A model generated the notes under the pieces. It had not been told where the DNA came from. It saw only the letters and a program-made list of their open reading frames with translations, and ran no database searches. A DNA stretch of 64,000 nt from Lama guanicoe (Eukaryota), in the NCBI GenBank assembly GCA_013239625.1, contig MU053994.1:3539589-3603588 (forward strand), read 5' to 3'. Shown here piece by piece: positions 51,831 to 64,000 of this stretch. Position numbers and translations under genes: made by a program. Within the stretch, counting starts at the first letter, position 1; every line of letters starts with the position of its first letter.

Positions 51831-54739
51831 GTAGGTGGCCTAATAGTTATGATAAAAGGATCCAAAGGGAAGGCAAAGAAGAGGCTCAAGAGACATGGAA
51901 AATATCTGCAAGTAGAAATCTGTTTATTTGGCAAAGGACGTGAAGTTATTTCTGAACTTTTTGTTCGAGGAGTCAGCATTTAAATTTATGTCACGGCTTA
52001 TTAAGTTTAAAAATAATAGCAAGGAAAAAGTAATAGTGAGTAGAAGTCACTAAGGGAAGTATGAGGCACAGAACATTTACAATTTAAATACATAAACAAT
52101 GAAGCAGTGTAAAAAGTCTGATGGAGCCAGGAGGGAAAATATGAGAAAATCACTTAAATGAAAGAAGTTACTACTTTTGGTTCATGCCAAGCAGGTAGAG
52201 AAGTTTCAGTTTACTATCCTGAAACTTATCATTCTCCATAAAACTGATACCTTTATACTTTTAACTAGAACATAGTAAATATCCGTCCTCTGTTTTCTGA
52301 AAGCAGCTACAATTCTTGGGAGCTGGATCAGATGTGGGGGCCATCACTGACTTGGCGGCAGAATGAGATGGAGAAAGAATTTAGGTATCAGTCATCATGC
52401 CTGACATGGGGTCTGCCTACTGCCAAGAAAAGAAGTTTATCCTCAGACCTTCAGAAAAGGTTTTCAAAGCTTGGAGCTTCTGGACAGCATCTGCATTAAA
52501 GGCTTCCGGGGATTTAGACACAGAAACTTCTCCAGATAGCAGTCTCTTTGAGCCCCTGTCCTCTGAGACTGCCTAGTGGTATTTAGTGTTGGGGTTGGGG
52601 GAAAGTAGATGAGGGAGAATTTGTAAACACAGACAAAGGAGCAGACCCAGAGGGTCAGATGGGATATTTCCTTTTCTCCTGTTTGCTCTGTCCTTAAAGG
52701 CATCACTGCTTCCTTTCAGAGCCAAGAAACTGAGATTTAACTACAGTTGGATGATGCTTTGTGTGCCTAGGCTGGCACCAGAGAGTGTCTACCAAGTGAA
52801 GTTACTTGTTCTGTTGTGCCTCTGCTGTCTTCATAACCCTGTGTTTCCATTTTGCAACGGAACTGATCACCCAGTAGACCCTCATGGACCAGCAGTAGTT
52901 TTAAACCTTATTGGGAGGACACTCTGCTCTAAAGTACATTCCTACGGCATTTTCCTGAAAAGTTCTCTCTTTTTAATTTATTTTTCATTTGCAAATAAAA
53001 ATTCCTCTGTAGGTGCTATGACAGCAATGGTTCAGGTCTCTGTTCGCCCCTGAAATTGTATACATCCTTTGCATCCACACTGTTTCTAAAGAACTCAACT
53101 TTTGAAATGTGCCCTTTACTTTTGTCCCTTCCTCTCCCTTGTAGCCCTCAGGGGTAGAAATTTAAGTAATTAAAATCCGAGAGAAAAACTCTAATTTGCA
53201 TTCCAGCTTTAAGATGAAATTATTGTTTTTGCTGTGGAAAGTGGCCCTGCACTACATCTAAAAGTCATGACATATACTGGGACCTGCAAAGCTTTGTTGA
53301 AACAAATCAACTCAATGTATTGTAGCCTCACAGTTCACAGGACGGTAGCAGCTCTATGGAATTCCATGTTTAATCAATCCACTGGGAACAAAGAAATCCT
53401 TTCAGTTTGGTCACTAACTGCTTATTTGATGGGCTTAAGTTTGGAGAATCCAAATGAACCTAAAATATTTGCACTCCTGTTCCTTGGGCAAAATTAGGCA
53501 AAAGGAAAGAGACTATTAAGTCTTTTAAACACAGCAGTCAGGTAAGGCCACAGACGGCTGTAAAGATTTAAAATTGGAGGCCACATGTGCCGATTGTTGC
53601 ATATTTTAAAATCCCAGGGGACAAAGGGTACGCGCAGCTGTCACATCTAGGATGCTCGAGGGTAAAAAACCCACAACATTCAAATAAGAACAACAACCTC
53701 CACGCTTCAGAGGAAGGGGATTTGGAGCTATGGAAGAATAAATAGCATTGTGAGTATTTTTTAAAAGTTTCCTTTAATTGTTGGAGACTAAACTTGCCAC
53801 TGCTTGTTATGAGCTCTCTGAATTTGAGAGAGATTTTGCAAGTAAACTCTTAGTAGAGTAGTAAGCTCTACTCAATTCTGTTGACTCCTGTTTCTTGGAT
53901 TGGAATTTGCCCAGATTATGAAAGCTACATATTAGAAGTAAGAATTACTGGAGAATTCACTGAAGTAAAATGTAGGTCAGGTGGAGGCCTTGATTTGGTC
54001 TCCCCCAGAAGCAGACCTGAGACAAGGACTGGAGTGGTAGGCAGTTTATTTGGAAGGTGAGTGAAACAGCCAGTAGCAGGGTGAAAAAGTGAGGCAGGGA
54101 ATTCAAATATATCACACAAACAGCACACAAACAGTATTGCTCTTCATCCAATCTCTTTCATTTTACAGAAGGCAGAATTGAACCGCAAGAAGAGACCTAA
54201 GTTGCACAAGTTCATCTAACTCTTTGTAGCAGAGCCAAGACTACTGTCTACTAATTCCAGGTGTATTCATTTACATTTGACCAGATTTCTTTGAGCATTA
54301 CCCTTTTTGGGAAAAAACAAAAGGCAAAAAAGAAAATAAGTTTATAGCAAAGATGTAATAAAAATTTAAAAACTACCTTCCAGTGTATGTCCTTGGGTCA
54401 GTGAATTTTTAACCCAATTTTTCTCTATCCTGAATCTATAGTGCTACTTAGAATAATAACCTTAGGATAAAGGAAAACCCTGAATTGTCTAAGAGAGCCC
54501 TATTGCTATTCTTATAAAAGCAAGAAAGTTAACTAATATATTTTAAAAGGATGTTAAGAAGTAAGGTTGAAACAAAATGTTCTAGTTTTCTCCAAATGAC
54601 ATGTATGCTAATATGCATTCCGTAGTTGTTCTAATTTATTATGTTTTAATAGATTTGTAAAATGTGAGAGTGTTTTGGTGTTGAGAAATTTTGTGTTAGA
54701 AAATGTGAGTTACTAACTGGAGTGAGATCATGAGAGGTA

Positions 54740-55045
54740 GCTGGATTTAGTAGACAGTGTAAGTGTTGGGATCAGAGAATTAGGTTTCAAGTTCCAGCTC
54801 TGCCACTTAACAGCTGTGTGGTTTGGGGCAGGTTACTTAACTTCTCTGTACCCTGCTGAATCATGTCAAGGATTGTGAGAGAACATAAGCTCCTTTCAGG
54901 CCGGAACTTTGTTTTGTTCACTGCTGTGTCCCCAGTGCCTGGAACAATGATTGGCAGAATAAGCATTAGCATTCTAAGCATTACAACCTGTCAGGTGTCC
55001 AGTACAACATCCAGCACAAAGTAGGTATCAATACAAGGTAGCCAC
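54740..55045 (+). mobile_element. MIR with embedded L2 3' fragment
   Basis: agttccagctctgccacttaacagctgtgtg…ggcaggttacttaacttctctg (MIR); ttgttcactgctgtgtccccagtgcctggaac (L2). Confidence 0.75.
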
Positions 55046-55774
55046 TTTTATTACCATGAAGAGAATAATGTTTAAAGTATATGATCTCTGTTTCTAGCCA
55101 AGGAGGGGGCCCAGGGCTCAAACACAGGGCAGACTGTCAGCAATTGAGGAAAGATCAGCATGGGGTCAAAGGCATTCAAAACACTACAACCAGGGGCAGA
55201 ACTGGAGTAGACAACCAAAGAGCTAGCTTGAATGAAATATCCATCCAAAGAAATTAGGCAGAGAATGGAAAATTCCAACATGAAATGCGGCGCCTGGCAT
55301 TAAAAGGATTTAACAAGTGTTTGTTGAATGGATGAATGAATGAATGAATGAATCAGTGAGTCTTTAACTTGAGACCACAACTGCAACCTGTGACTCTGGG
55401 TTCCAGGCAGGTCCTAGAAAAGTTCTTTGAGCTTTGACAATGTGTAACAAAGGAGGGTGGGTTGGCTTTCTAAAAGGCCATTGAAAGAGGAGTGGAAAGA
55501 CAATTAATAGACTGTGTCAATAGGACATTCTCTGCCAGGGGAGACTGTATATAGCACAGTAAAGAATTACACAACAGTATGATGGGACTTGGGGTGAGAC
55601 TAAATGGATTGAGCACTAGTCACTGGGGAAAACAGCCTTTTCCTTAGTTAGAGAAACCACTCTGATGTTCTGAGGACAGGATTAACACGGCTACTGAGAA
55701 TAAAGAGGGAAAAATTAAAGAAGCAACAAGCAGTAATTATTCTATAGAAGCTGCTCAAGAAATAGAGAAGTGAT

Positions 55775-57242
55775 CGATTCATTTCAACAGGAGTACCAAC
55801 ATCACTCAATGGAGGGGAAGAACAGTATCTTCAACAAATGGTACTGGAAAAAAAAAAAGCAGGGGAAGGTATAGCCCAGCAGTAGAGTGCCTGCTTAGCA
55901 TGCATGAGGTCCTGGGTTCAATCCCCAGTACCTCCACTAAATCAATCAATCAATCAATCAGTCTAATTACCCACCTCCACAACAACAACAAAAACAAATG
56001 GTACCGAGACAACTGGATATCTGCATGTAAAAGAATGAAGCTGGACCCTACCTTACATTATATACAAAAATTCACTCAAAATGGGTCAAAGACCTAAATG
56101 TAATGAGCTAAAACTATAAAACTCTTAGAAGAAAACAAGGGAAGTTCTGTATAACCTTGGATTTGGTAATCATTTCTTAAATATGACACCAAAAGCATCG
56201 GTGACAAAAGGGGAAAATAGAGAAGCTAGATTTCATCAAAATTTAAAACTTTATGCATCAAAGGACACTTAATAAAGTGAAAAGGAAGCCTATAAAGTGG
56301 AAAAATATTTGAAAATCATGTATCTGATAAGCATTTAATATCCAGAATCTATAAAGAATTATCACAACTCAACAACAAAAAGACAAATAATGCTAGTTTA
56401 GAAATGGGCAGATAACTTGAATAGATGTTTCTCCAAAGAAGATATACAAATGGCCAGTAAATGTATGTAAAGGTGCTCAACGTTATTAATCATTAGGGAA
56501 ATGCAAATTAAAACCACAAGATATCACTTCACACCTATAAGATGGTTAAAAAAAGGAAAATTAGTGTTGGTGATGATGTGGAAAAATTAGAATCCTCATA
56601 CATTGCTGGTTAAAATGGTGCAGTTGTTGTGTAAGACAGTTTGGCCTTTTCTCAAAAAGTTAAACATAGAATTACCACATGACTCTGCAATTCCAAATGT
56701 AGGTAGTTACCCAAAAGAACTGAAATCAAGGGCTCAAACAGATACTTGTATGCCCATGTCCACAGCAGCATTAGTCACAATAGCCCAAAGGTGGAAACAA
56801 CCCAAGTGTTAATCAACAAATGAATGGAGAAACAAAACATGGTGCTTATGTACAGGAGGACATTATTCAGCCATAAAAAGAAATGAAGTTCTCATATATG
56901 CTAAAACACGAATGAACCTTGAAAACATTATGCTAAGTGATATAACACAGACACAAAAGGACAAATATTGTATGACTCCACTTCTATGACATGTCAAGAA
57001 TAGGTAAATTCTTAGAGATAAAAAGTAAATTAGCAGTTATCTGGGGGATGAGGAAGTGGGGGAGTTATTGCTTAATGGTTACAGAGTTTCTGTTTGAGAA
57101 GATGAAAGGATTTTGGAAATGGATAATGGTGATGGTTGTATAACATTGTGAATGTAATTAATGCCACTGAATTTTACATTTAAAATGGCAAATTTTATGT
57201 TTATATATATATATATATATATATATTCACAATTAAAAAAAA
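55775..57242 (+). mobile_element. L1 (L1MB-like), 5'-truncated, with TSD, SINE insertion and (TA)n near the 3' end
   Basis: ORF2 3' motifs and 3'UTR; TSD AGAGAAGTGAT at 55764-55774 and 57243-57253; (TA)n at ~57203-57226. Confidence 0.93.
55862..55992 (+). mobile_element. tRNA-derived SINE (Vic-1-like) inserted into an L1
   Basis: GGGGAAGGTATAGCCCAGCAGTAGAG…GGGTTCAATCCCCAGTACCTCC with (ATCA)n and (AAC)n tail. AACAAATGGTAC occurs at both 55833-55844 and 55993-56004. Confidence 0.9.
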
Positions 57243-57271
57243 AGAGAAGTGATGTTCTCACCTAGGATCAG

Positions 57272-57885
57272 TATGGGAGACTGAATAATGCTTCCCCTAC
57301 CCCAGATATCCACACTCTAATCCCTGGTTTTATACCTTTGCATGTCATATTATCTGGCAAAGAGGACTTTGCAGACGGATTAAGGTTACAGATCTTAAAA
57401 TAAGGAAACTATCATGGATTATCTGGGTGGGCCCAATGTAGTCATAGAGGGCCTTAAAAGTGGAAGAAGAAGGCAGAGGAGGCAATCAGAGAGATGCTAT
57501 GGAAGAAGGGGCAGAAGTTCAAAGTGTGACAGGTTCTTGAACCATCCACCATTGCTGGCTTTAAAGATAGGGGAAGAGAGTTGTGAGCTGAGGAATTCAG
57601 AAGACCTCTGGAAGCTAAGAATGCTCTCAGTTGACAACCCACAAGGAAATGGACCACAATCCTACAACCACAAGGAACTGAATTCTTCCAGCAACCTGAA
57701 TAAACAAAGAAACAATTTCTCCTTCAGAGCTTGCTGAAAAGAACACAGCCCTGCAGACACCTTGATTTTAGCCTGGTAAGACCTGTGTTGGGCTTACAGA
57801 ACTGTTAAACAACAGATTTGTATCAAAAAATAAACAGAAGCTATTGTGGAGGTTGCTATTACTCTGTGATTGGAAGACAGCCAAG
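57272..57885 (+). mobile_element. MaLR (MLT1D/E-like) LTR
   Basis: ggactttgcagacggattaagg…ggattatctgggtgggcccaatgta…cacagccctgcagacaccttgattttagcc. Confidence 0.85.
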
Positions 57886-57950
57886 GCCCAGATGAGGGGT
57901 TTTGCTTGACTAATCAGAAAACAGAGAGTAAAAATGACCACCAAAAGTGT

Positions 57951-58545
57951 TGTAGCAGATTGTTTTTTCCAAAGATAATTACAATAGTATCTCCCATCTA
58001 GTGCTTCTCTGCAATGAGAACTTGCCACTCCTCTGTCAAGAAGCCTCTCCCCTTGAATCTGGGCTGGCCTTTGTGACTTGCTTGTAACTAATGGGATGTA
58101 ATAAAAGTCATCCTGCATGATATCCAAGGCTATGTCAAAAGAGACCATGCAGCTTCTGCCTGGCTCCCTTAAAATACCTGCTCTCCATGTGCTACTTCTC
58201 AGGACATTGCCTCTTGGAACCCAGGCTCCATGCTGTGAGGAAGCCCAAGTCACAAAGAGGTCATGTTTAGGTGCTCCAGTCCACATTCCCAACTGTGCCC
58301 ATCCTTGAAGCAGGTGCCAGATGGGTGAGGCTTCAACATAATTCCAACCTACAGTTGTTTAAGTCACCTTCAGCTGAGTCTGAATTGGAATCTATCTGCC
58401 CCCAAATTGTAGTACGTAGATAAGCCAACCCTGCCAGGCCCTATCCAAATTCCTGACCCACAGAATCTGTGTGCATTAAATACTTGTTGCTTATACCACT
58501 GAGAGTTTGGGATGTTTTGTTACAGAGCAATAGATAACCAGAATA
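57951..58545 (+). mobile_element. MaLR (MLT1F/G-like) LTR
   Basis: ccttgaatctgggctggcctttgtgacttgctt…ccatgctgtgaggaagccca…ttgttacagagcaatagataacc. Confidence 0.85.
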
Positions 58546-58969
58546 AGTGTGAAAAAAGAAGAAATGGAATTTAATAACACGCACAGGGAGGCAAGGAAGT
58601 GAAGAGGCATATAGATCGTTCTATTGGCTCTTGCTTGAGGGCTAGGGGAATGATGGTCCTCATTACTCGTGGAATGCAGATTGCCAGTGATGGAGAAGAA
58701 TCAAGGGAAGAGATCATCCCCCCTACGGAGCAGCAAAGGAATGAGGGATCCCTTCTGTTTTGATGAGTGGCAAGCGATTGGGCTCCCTATAGCCAGCCAC
58801 TCTCAGTGCCATGAGGAGCATCACTGTAATTCTCAAAAGTACTGACATTTCAATTTATTACAGCCAGGCTGATCCTGAGTAAGGGTTGACCAGCCCTCAA
58901 GAATTACTGTCAGTTGCCTAAGGCAGAGTACAGATCTGCATACTGAACTGCCAATGAAGAATACATTCT

Positions 58970-59059
58970 GGGGGTGGGTATAGCTTAGTGGTAGAGCGTG
59001 TGCTTGGCATGCATGAGGTCCTGGGTTTAATCCCCAGTGCCTCCGTTAAGGGGGGAAAA
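58970..59059 (+). mobile_element. tRNA-derived SINE (short Vic-1-like copy) with TSD
   Basis: GGGGGTGGGTATAGCTTAGTGGTAGAGCG…GGGTTTAATCCCCAGTGCCTCC. TSD AAGAATACATTC (58957-58968) / AAGAATGCATTC (59060-59071). Confidence 0.9.
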
Positions 59060-59595
59060 AAGAATGCATTCCATCATATTGAATTCGTATGAAAAATTGC
59101 TAAATAATGAAAACTACCACTGATGCTTGCTGCAGATCTTTTCAAATGACCTAAATTATGATGGTTCAATAAATACAAAACCGAGAAAAATTATGAGGTT
59201 AAAGAATTACATCCGGTATCAAGCCATCCTAGGAGGATCCAAGAAAATGTTCTCATGGAAAGCAACCTTATCAGTCTACAAACATCACTGTACCAAGAAA
59301 ACAAGCAGTGATGCAGATTAAAATCGCAGAGTTTCTAGATGAGCTAGTGATTCATTACAATTGGTACCCATGATCTTGGCTGTAAGAAAAATTAAGGGGA
59401 AAAATGGACTATAGGTAACAGTGAGGTTTAACAAAAGATTTCTCAAAAGGAACCTCACAAAAAGCAGTTTTGCTTTAGTTTTTTAGTTTTTTTTTAAATT
59501 AGTAAACATCCTAACAGGTGGCCACACCTATATTCTTTAGAATATTCTGGACCCTCACCATTCATTAGAATTGCGTCGTTTAAGAGCACCATAAT

Positions 59596-59809
59596 TGAGA
59601 TTTTCAGACACATACTACTATACATAAAATAGATAAACAAGTTTCTACAGTATAGCACAGGGAACTACATTCAATATCTTGTAGTAACCTATAATGAAAA
59701 AGAACATGAAAATGAATATATGTATGTATATGTATGACTGAAACATTATGCTGTACACCAGAAAATTGATACAACATTTTAAACTGACTCTACTTCAATT
59801 AAAAAAAAA
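59596..59809 (+). mobile_element. Lineage-specific L1 3'UTR fragment
   Basis: aaaatagataaacaag…tatagcacagggaactacattcaatatcttgtagtaacctataatgaaaaagaa…cttcaattaaaaaaaaa; ACCATAA on both sides as an imperfect TSD. Confidence 0.85.
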
Positions 59810-60156
59810 GACCATAAGACCATTGGCCAAAGTGTACTAATTCAACCTGTATTCTTAACTACTCAGCTGTGCTACACTAAATAAATACATTAAATAATTG
59901 ACCTCTAAGCCCCAACCTGTGGTTTCTGCACTTTTCATTTTGGACTTCATACCTTCAGGGAGCTTATCCACATATATAATGTTAAGTTACTCCTTCAAGA
60001 ACCGCTTACTGATTCTCCCAGTTCTTTCTCCTAACCCACTCTTCAGTTCCACCCTTCCATTTAGATATTTTCCCCAGCTTTTTTTTTTTTTAAAGAGAGC
60101 CCATTACCTAAAGTGATTGGAATGGATTTTAAGTGGCAATGGTCATCACATCTTTT

Positions 60157-60664
60157 TTTTTTAACATTTTTTATTGATTTATAATCATTTTACAATGTTG
60201 TGTCAAATTCCAGTGTTCAGCACAATTTTTCAGTCATTCTTGGACATATACACACTCATTGTCACATTTTTTTCTCTGTGATTTATCATAACATTTTGTG
60301 TATATTTCCCTGTGCTATACAGTGTAATCTTGTTTATCTATTCTACAATTTTGAAATCCCAGTCTATCCCTTCCCACCCTCTACCCCCCTGATAACCACA
60401 AGTCTGTATTCTCTGTCCATGAGTCTTTAGATTCCACATATGAGCGATCTCATATGGTATTTTTCTTTCTCTTTCTGGCTTACTTCGCTTAGAATGACAT
60501 TCTCCAAGAGCATCCATGTTGCTGCAAATGGCGTTATGTTGTCGGTTCTTATGGCTGAGTAGTATTCCATTGTATAAATATACCACATCTTCTTTATCCA
60601 GTCACCTATTGATGGACATTTAGGCTGTTTCCATGTTTTGGCTATTGTAAATAGTGCTGCTATG
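60157..60664 (-). mobile_element. Young lineage-specific L1, 5'-truncated, with perfect TSD
   Basis: Poly-T head, 3'UTR and ORF2 C-terminus (…KMWYIYTMEYYSA…FAATWM.LE.VILSEVSQ…); AATGGTCATCACATCTTTT at 60138-60156 and 60665-60683. Confidence 0.95.
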
Positions 60665-61452
60665 AATGGTCATCACATCTTTTAACTTTAATCTAATTAA
60701 TTTGCTTTGTGAATCCTGTTTTCAGTAGTAGCACTCAAGCAGATGTCCAGTCAACCACTCTGAATTAGTGTGATTCAAATTATGAGGATTTTTAAAAGAA
60801 AGCTAACATCAGTGTTAGGAAACATGGATATTATCTTGCAGACTTTAAGGGAGAAAAATCAAAATTCTCTCTCTATTAACATGAGCAAGTCGGAGTAGAT
60901 CCCTGCTTTTCAAATGGGGATGTATGCACACTAGAGAGTCAGTGATCTCCCTTCAGGGGTGCCAGTGGATTGGGAGGGCGCCCAACAAGCAAAACGTCCT
61001 CAACCCTTGCTCCTCCCAAGTGTAAGCCAGAGCAACTCCACCTTCATCTGTTTTCCATATTGTAAGATTTTGTTTGTATATAGGTTTCTAAATCTAATTT
61101 TTTTTGAAAACTTGCAGTCTAGCTGATCTGTAAGACCTCCTCTGGTTCTTATATTCAGTGGTTCTGTCAAGTCATTAAAAAGAGGCTACTGGATCAGGAC
61201 TATAAATAAAATAGTTTAAATATATCTCCATAATCTACCTTCACGCATTAGATCAGTTCAGACAGCAAGCGCAAAGGAAGCTTTATTGTATTGTGTTGTG
61301 CAGCTTGGCTAACGCCCTTGATTTGCAAGGGCAGTAGCTCTCCTGATTCACAACAATTCTTTAGCAGAATAAAAGGTGCCCACATTTCATAATCTCCCAT
61401 GCCTACTAAGGCATCTTTGGGCTTTGACTAGCTAGACCTTCAAGACTTAACA

Positions 61453-61900
61453 GTGTAGCAGATGCTGCTGGTGCCCACATTTCCATATTTGACCACAGCT
61501 TCTTGCCATAAGCACCTGCAGCTGCTTGGGGGCTTTCTTTGGCCACAGGAACATACTTGGTCTATGTACAAGGAAAGTGGAGGTGATGGGGAATTGACAT
61601 TTCCAGGACTAGCTCTCAAATAAAGAAGGACAGGAGTTGGTGGAGAAATACTCCATCTTCATCACCCCTTGGGTGGGACGATTCTGAGGCACGCTCTGTA
61701 GTCACTCAGAGGTCCCCAGTAGGGTTAAGCCCTAATTGCCCACAGCGGTAACTTCATTAACCTACCCTGCATTGCCTCCCTGCCCGTCCCTGTCTCTCCT
61801 GTCAATTCTTCTTGGTATTGCCTCCAAAAGAAACGACTCCCAAATAAACTAGTTGCATTTGTATCCCTTTTGCAGGGTCCTGCTTCTGGGGGAGACCCAA
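61453..61900 (+). mobile_element. ERVL LTR16-like LTR
   Basis: tgtagcagatgctgctggtgccc…gggtgggacgattctgaggc…ctcccaaataaactagttgca…ctgcttctgggggagacc. Confidence 0.8.
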
Positions 61901-61901
61901 G

Positions 61902-63054
61902 TGTATCAGAGTCTAGTCAAGAGATAGAAACCCCACCAGTTATATTAACAGGAGAATTTAATGTAAAAAGGGTCAGCTAGGAATAAGATTGTTAACTTGG
62001 GATCTGTACTAGTTTCTTGGGGGCTGCCATAACAAAGAACCACAAACTGGTGGCTTAAACAACAGAAATTTACTAGCTCACAATTCCGGAGGCCAGAAGT
62101 CTGCAATCAAGATGCTGGCAGGGAGATTCCTTCTGAGGCTGTGAGGGAGAATCTATGTCATGCCTCTCCACTAGCTCCTGGTGGCTTCAGGTTTTCGTTG
62201 GCTTGTAGATGTTTTCTCCCTGTGTATTCACATCATCTTCCCTCTGTGTATGTTTGTCCCTGTCCTGATTTCCCCTTGTTATAGGGACACCAATCATACT
62301 GAATTAGGGCTCATTCTAATGACCTCATCTTAACCTGATCATTGGCAAAGACCTTACTTCCAAGTAAGGTCCTATTCACAGGTACTGGGAGTTAGAACGT
62401 CAACATCTTTTGGGTGGACATGATTCAGCCCATAACAGTGCCTGAAGAGGAAAAGAGATCTCTAAGGTATTGTGGAGGTAGCAACTTCAGGAAACAGCTA
62501 TCTCCCCAAGCACTGAGAGAACAGAGATGTTGAAATTATTAAAACTCAGAGACACAGAGGAGGGACCCCATGAGGCTGAGACACAGAAGCTTGAAGAAGA
62601 GACCCCAGCTAACTGGTGCTAGTGTCTTTGTGCTAAAAGAAGAGGCCTCATGGGGTCTGGACCCAGACCTCTACTGGGTGGGTGCTGGTGTCTCTGGAGC
62701 AGGGGGAATGAGACTGGTTCTGCAAGTGCTGGAAAAACTACAAACTGGCTTCAGCTGCTGCTACAAGAAGGGTCTACCACTGCCGGGATTAAGAAGTGAG
62801 GTTGGAGTGATGCTCATAGGAACGGGAAGTCAATAGGGAGCCCCAAGAAGCAAACAGGCAGTAAACAAGAAGAAGCACATCCCTTCTTCCCTCTCCAGCC
62901 TTGCCTCTCTCTCCAGCACTTCGTATGAGCAAAGCCTAAAAGGGAACAGCTGTCAAGCAGACTTGTGGTTTGTCGGATCCCAGTCCCAGCATCATAAAGC
63001 AGAGTACAGAAAGCTGGGTCTGGAGCTGAGCGAGAATAGCTTAATAACTGGCAC
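61902..63054 (-). mobile_element. ERV-class LTR (family uncertain) interrupted by a MaLR LTR
   Basis: TG start tgtatcagagtctagtcaagagatagaaacc; CA end …aataactggcaca. Confidence 0.65.
62005..62437 (-). mobile_element. MaLR (MLT1B/C-like) solo LTR
   Basis: tgtactagtttc…gctgccataacaaagaaccacaaactggtggcttaaacaacagaaattt…aatgacctcatcttaac…ttcagcccataaca. Confidence 0.9.
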
Positions 63055-64000
63055 ACCGACCTAAGGCAATTGGGCAACTGAGAAAAGTAAGATTTTTATC
63101 CCAAGGAAAGTAAAGATTAGGCCCAAGAACATGGGTGCTTGATTAATGGTGTTTAATGAGGCAGTATCTGAGTGAGAAAGAAACACCTCTATAGAGGTGT
63201 GGCTATAAAGTAATATGATTGAATTTTTAACAACATACTAGAACTTCAGCATACAAATGAGAACAGATCTCTTCAAAGTAGTTTCATGGGAATTTTTTCA
63301 ACTCATTCTTTCAATATGGCCATGGTTCAAGAGTCTCTGGGACTCCTCTTTGGGAGTCTGTGGCCTGCATTTTGATTCCATCCATGATGCCAATACTTTG
63401 TCTTTTGATGGTGAATTAACTTTCTGGAAACAATTTAAAGTCATCCCAAGCTAAGCCTAGTGAATAAAAGTCACATGACAAAGTTTGACTCTGCTTTTTG
63501 GGGGCAGGTTGGGGAGAGGGCTTTTGGGGGGTGGTGTATCAAAATCAAAGTATACTTTTTATTTTATGGTGATATCTGGCTGGTGGTGTCTTATGCTAAA
63601 ATTCTCTCCTTGATAGTAAAGTGACGATAAACAGAGAAAAGATGAAAACTCACAGTAACAAAGAAAATCAAGACTAACATTTTGTCATTTGCTAACTCTG
63701 TTTAGAATGTCACCTCATTTATAAGGCTGACATACTTGCTTGAAAAGTACAATTTGTGATATACAGGCACTTTGCTTTCAATTACAGAAAAACATTTTTT
63801 GCCAAAGTGATAAAGGATGTCCTCTTGCTTCCTTCATGAAATATAGGGCTTGAGTGGCTCAAAATCATCAGGTTTGGGCCTACCAGAAAACATAACAGCC
63901 ATCCTCTTATTAGTGGGGAGGTATTATGAGACAGCCACAACACTCTCGCTCATCTCCTTTTCTGTTAGTATATCTCTTATATTTAGTAGAGACCAGAAAT

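Noticed and set aside
53560..53720. Non-repeat segment with a few CpGs and an overlapping E-box/MEIS motif (GCAGCTGTCA)
   Set aside because: A single short motif with no conservation data; not enough to call an enhancer.
58970..59045. tRNA-Ala-like genes (also at 1910-1983, 32330-32411, 55862-55935)
   Set aside because: A-rich tails, TSDs in three copies and mutated A or B boxes identify them as SINEs.
60338..60586. ORFs inside repeats (also 5023-5208, 31173-31418, 34661-35077, 46445-46870, 56603-56812, 57414-57737, 57768-58292)
   Set aside because: All lie within L1, L2 or LTR sequence; they are remnants or alternative frames, not host genes.

Overview
Mammalian genomic DNA, most likely camelid: it has tRNA-derived Vic-1-like SINEs and I saw no Alu, B1, Bov-A/BovB, PRE-1 or Can-SINE. 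One protein-coding gene is supported: the first coding exon of CASK on the minus strand (22392..22334, [19 protein letters not shown](K), then a GTGAGT donor), inside a ~1.3 kb CpG island that holds the 5'UTR and promoter. Positions 1-22333 are CASK intron 1 (I did not find exon 2). Positions ~23400-64000 are repeat-rich upstream DNA: L1, L2, MIR, MaLR/ERVL LTRs and hAT/Tigger DNA-transposon relics. Apart from remnants inside L1, I could not support any entry of the supplied ORF track as a gene. I found no credible new multi-gene system. The best second-look items are a short uORF in the putative CASK 5'UTR, an intronic U6 retrocopy missing its catalytic core, a CpG-retaining intronic forkhead-motif cluster, young insertions with target-site duplications (TSDs), and multi-layer nested transposons. 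Repeat subfamily names come from recalled consensus sequences and need RepeatMasker/Dfam confirmation; repeat boundaries without TSDs are approximate.
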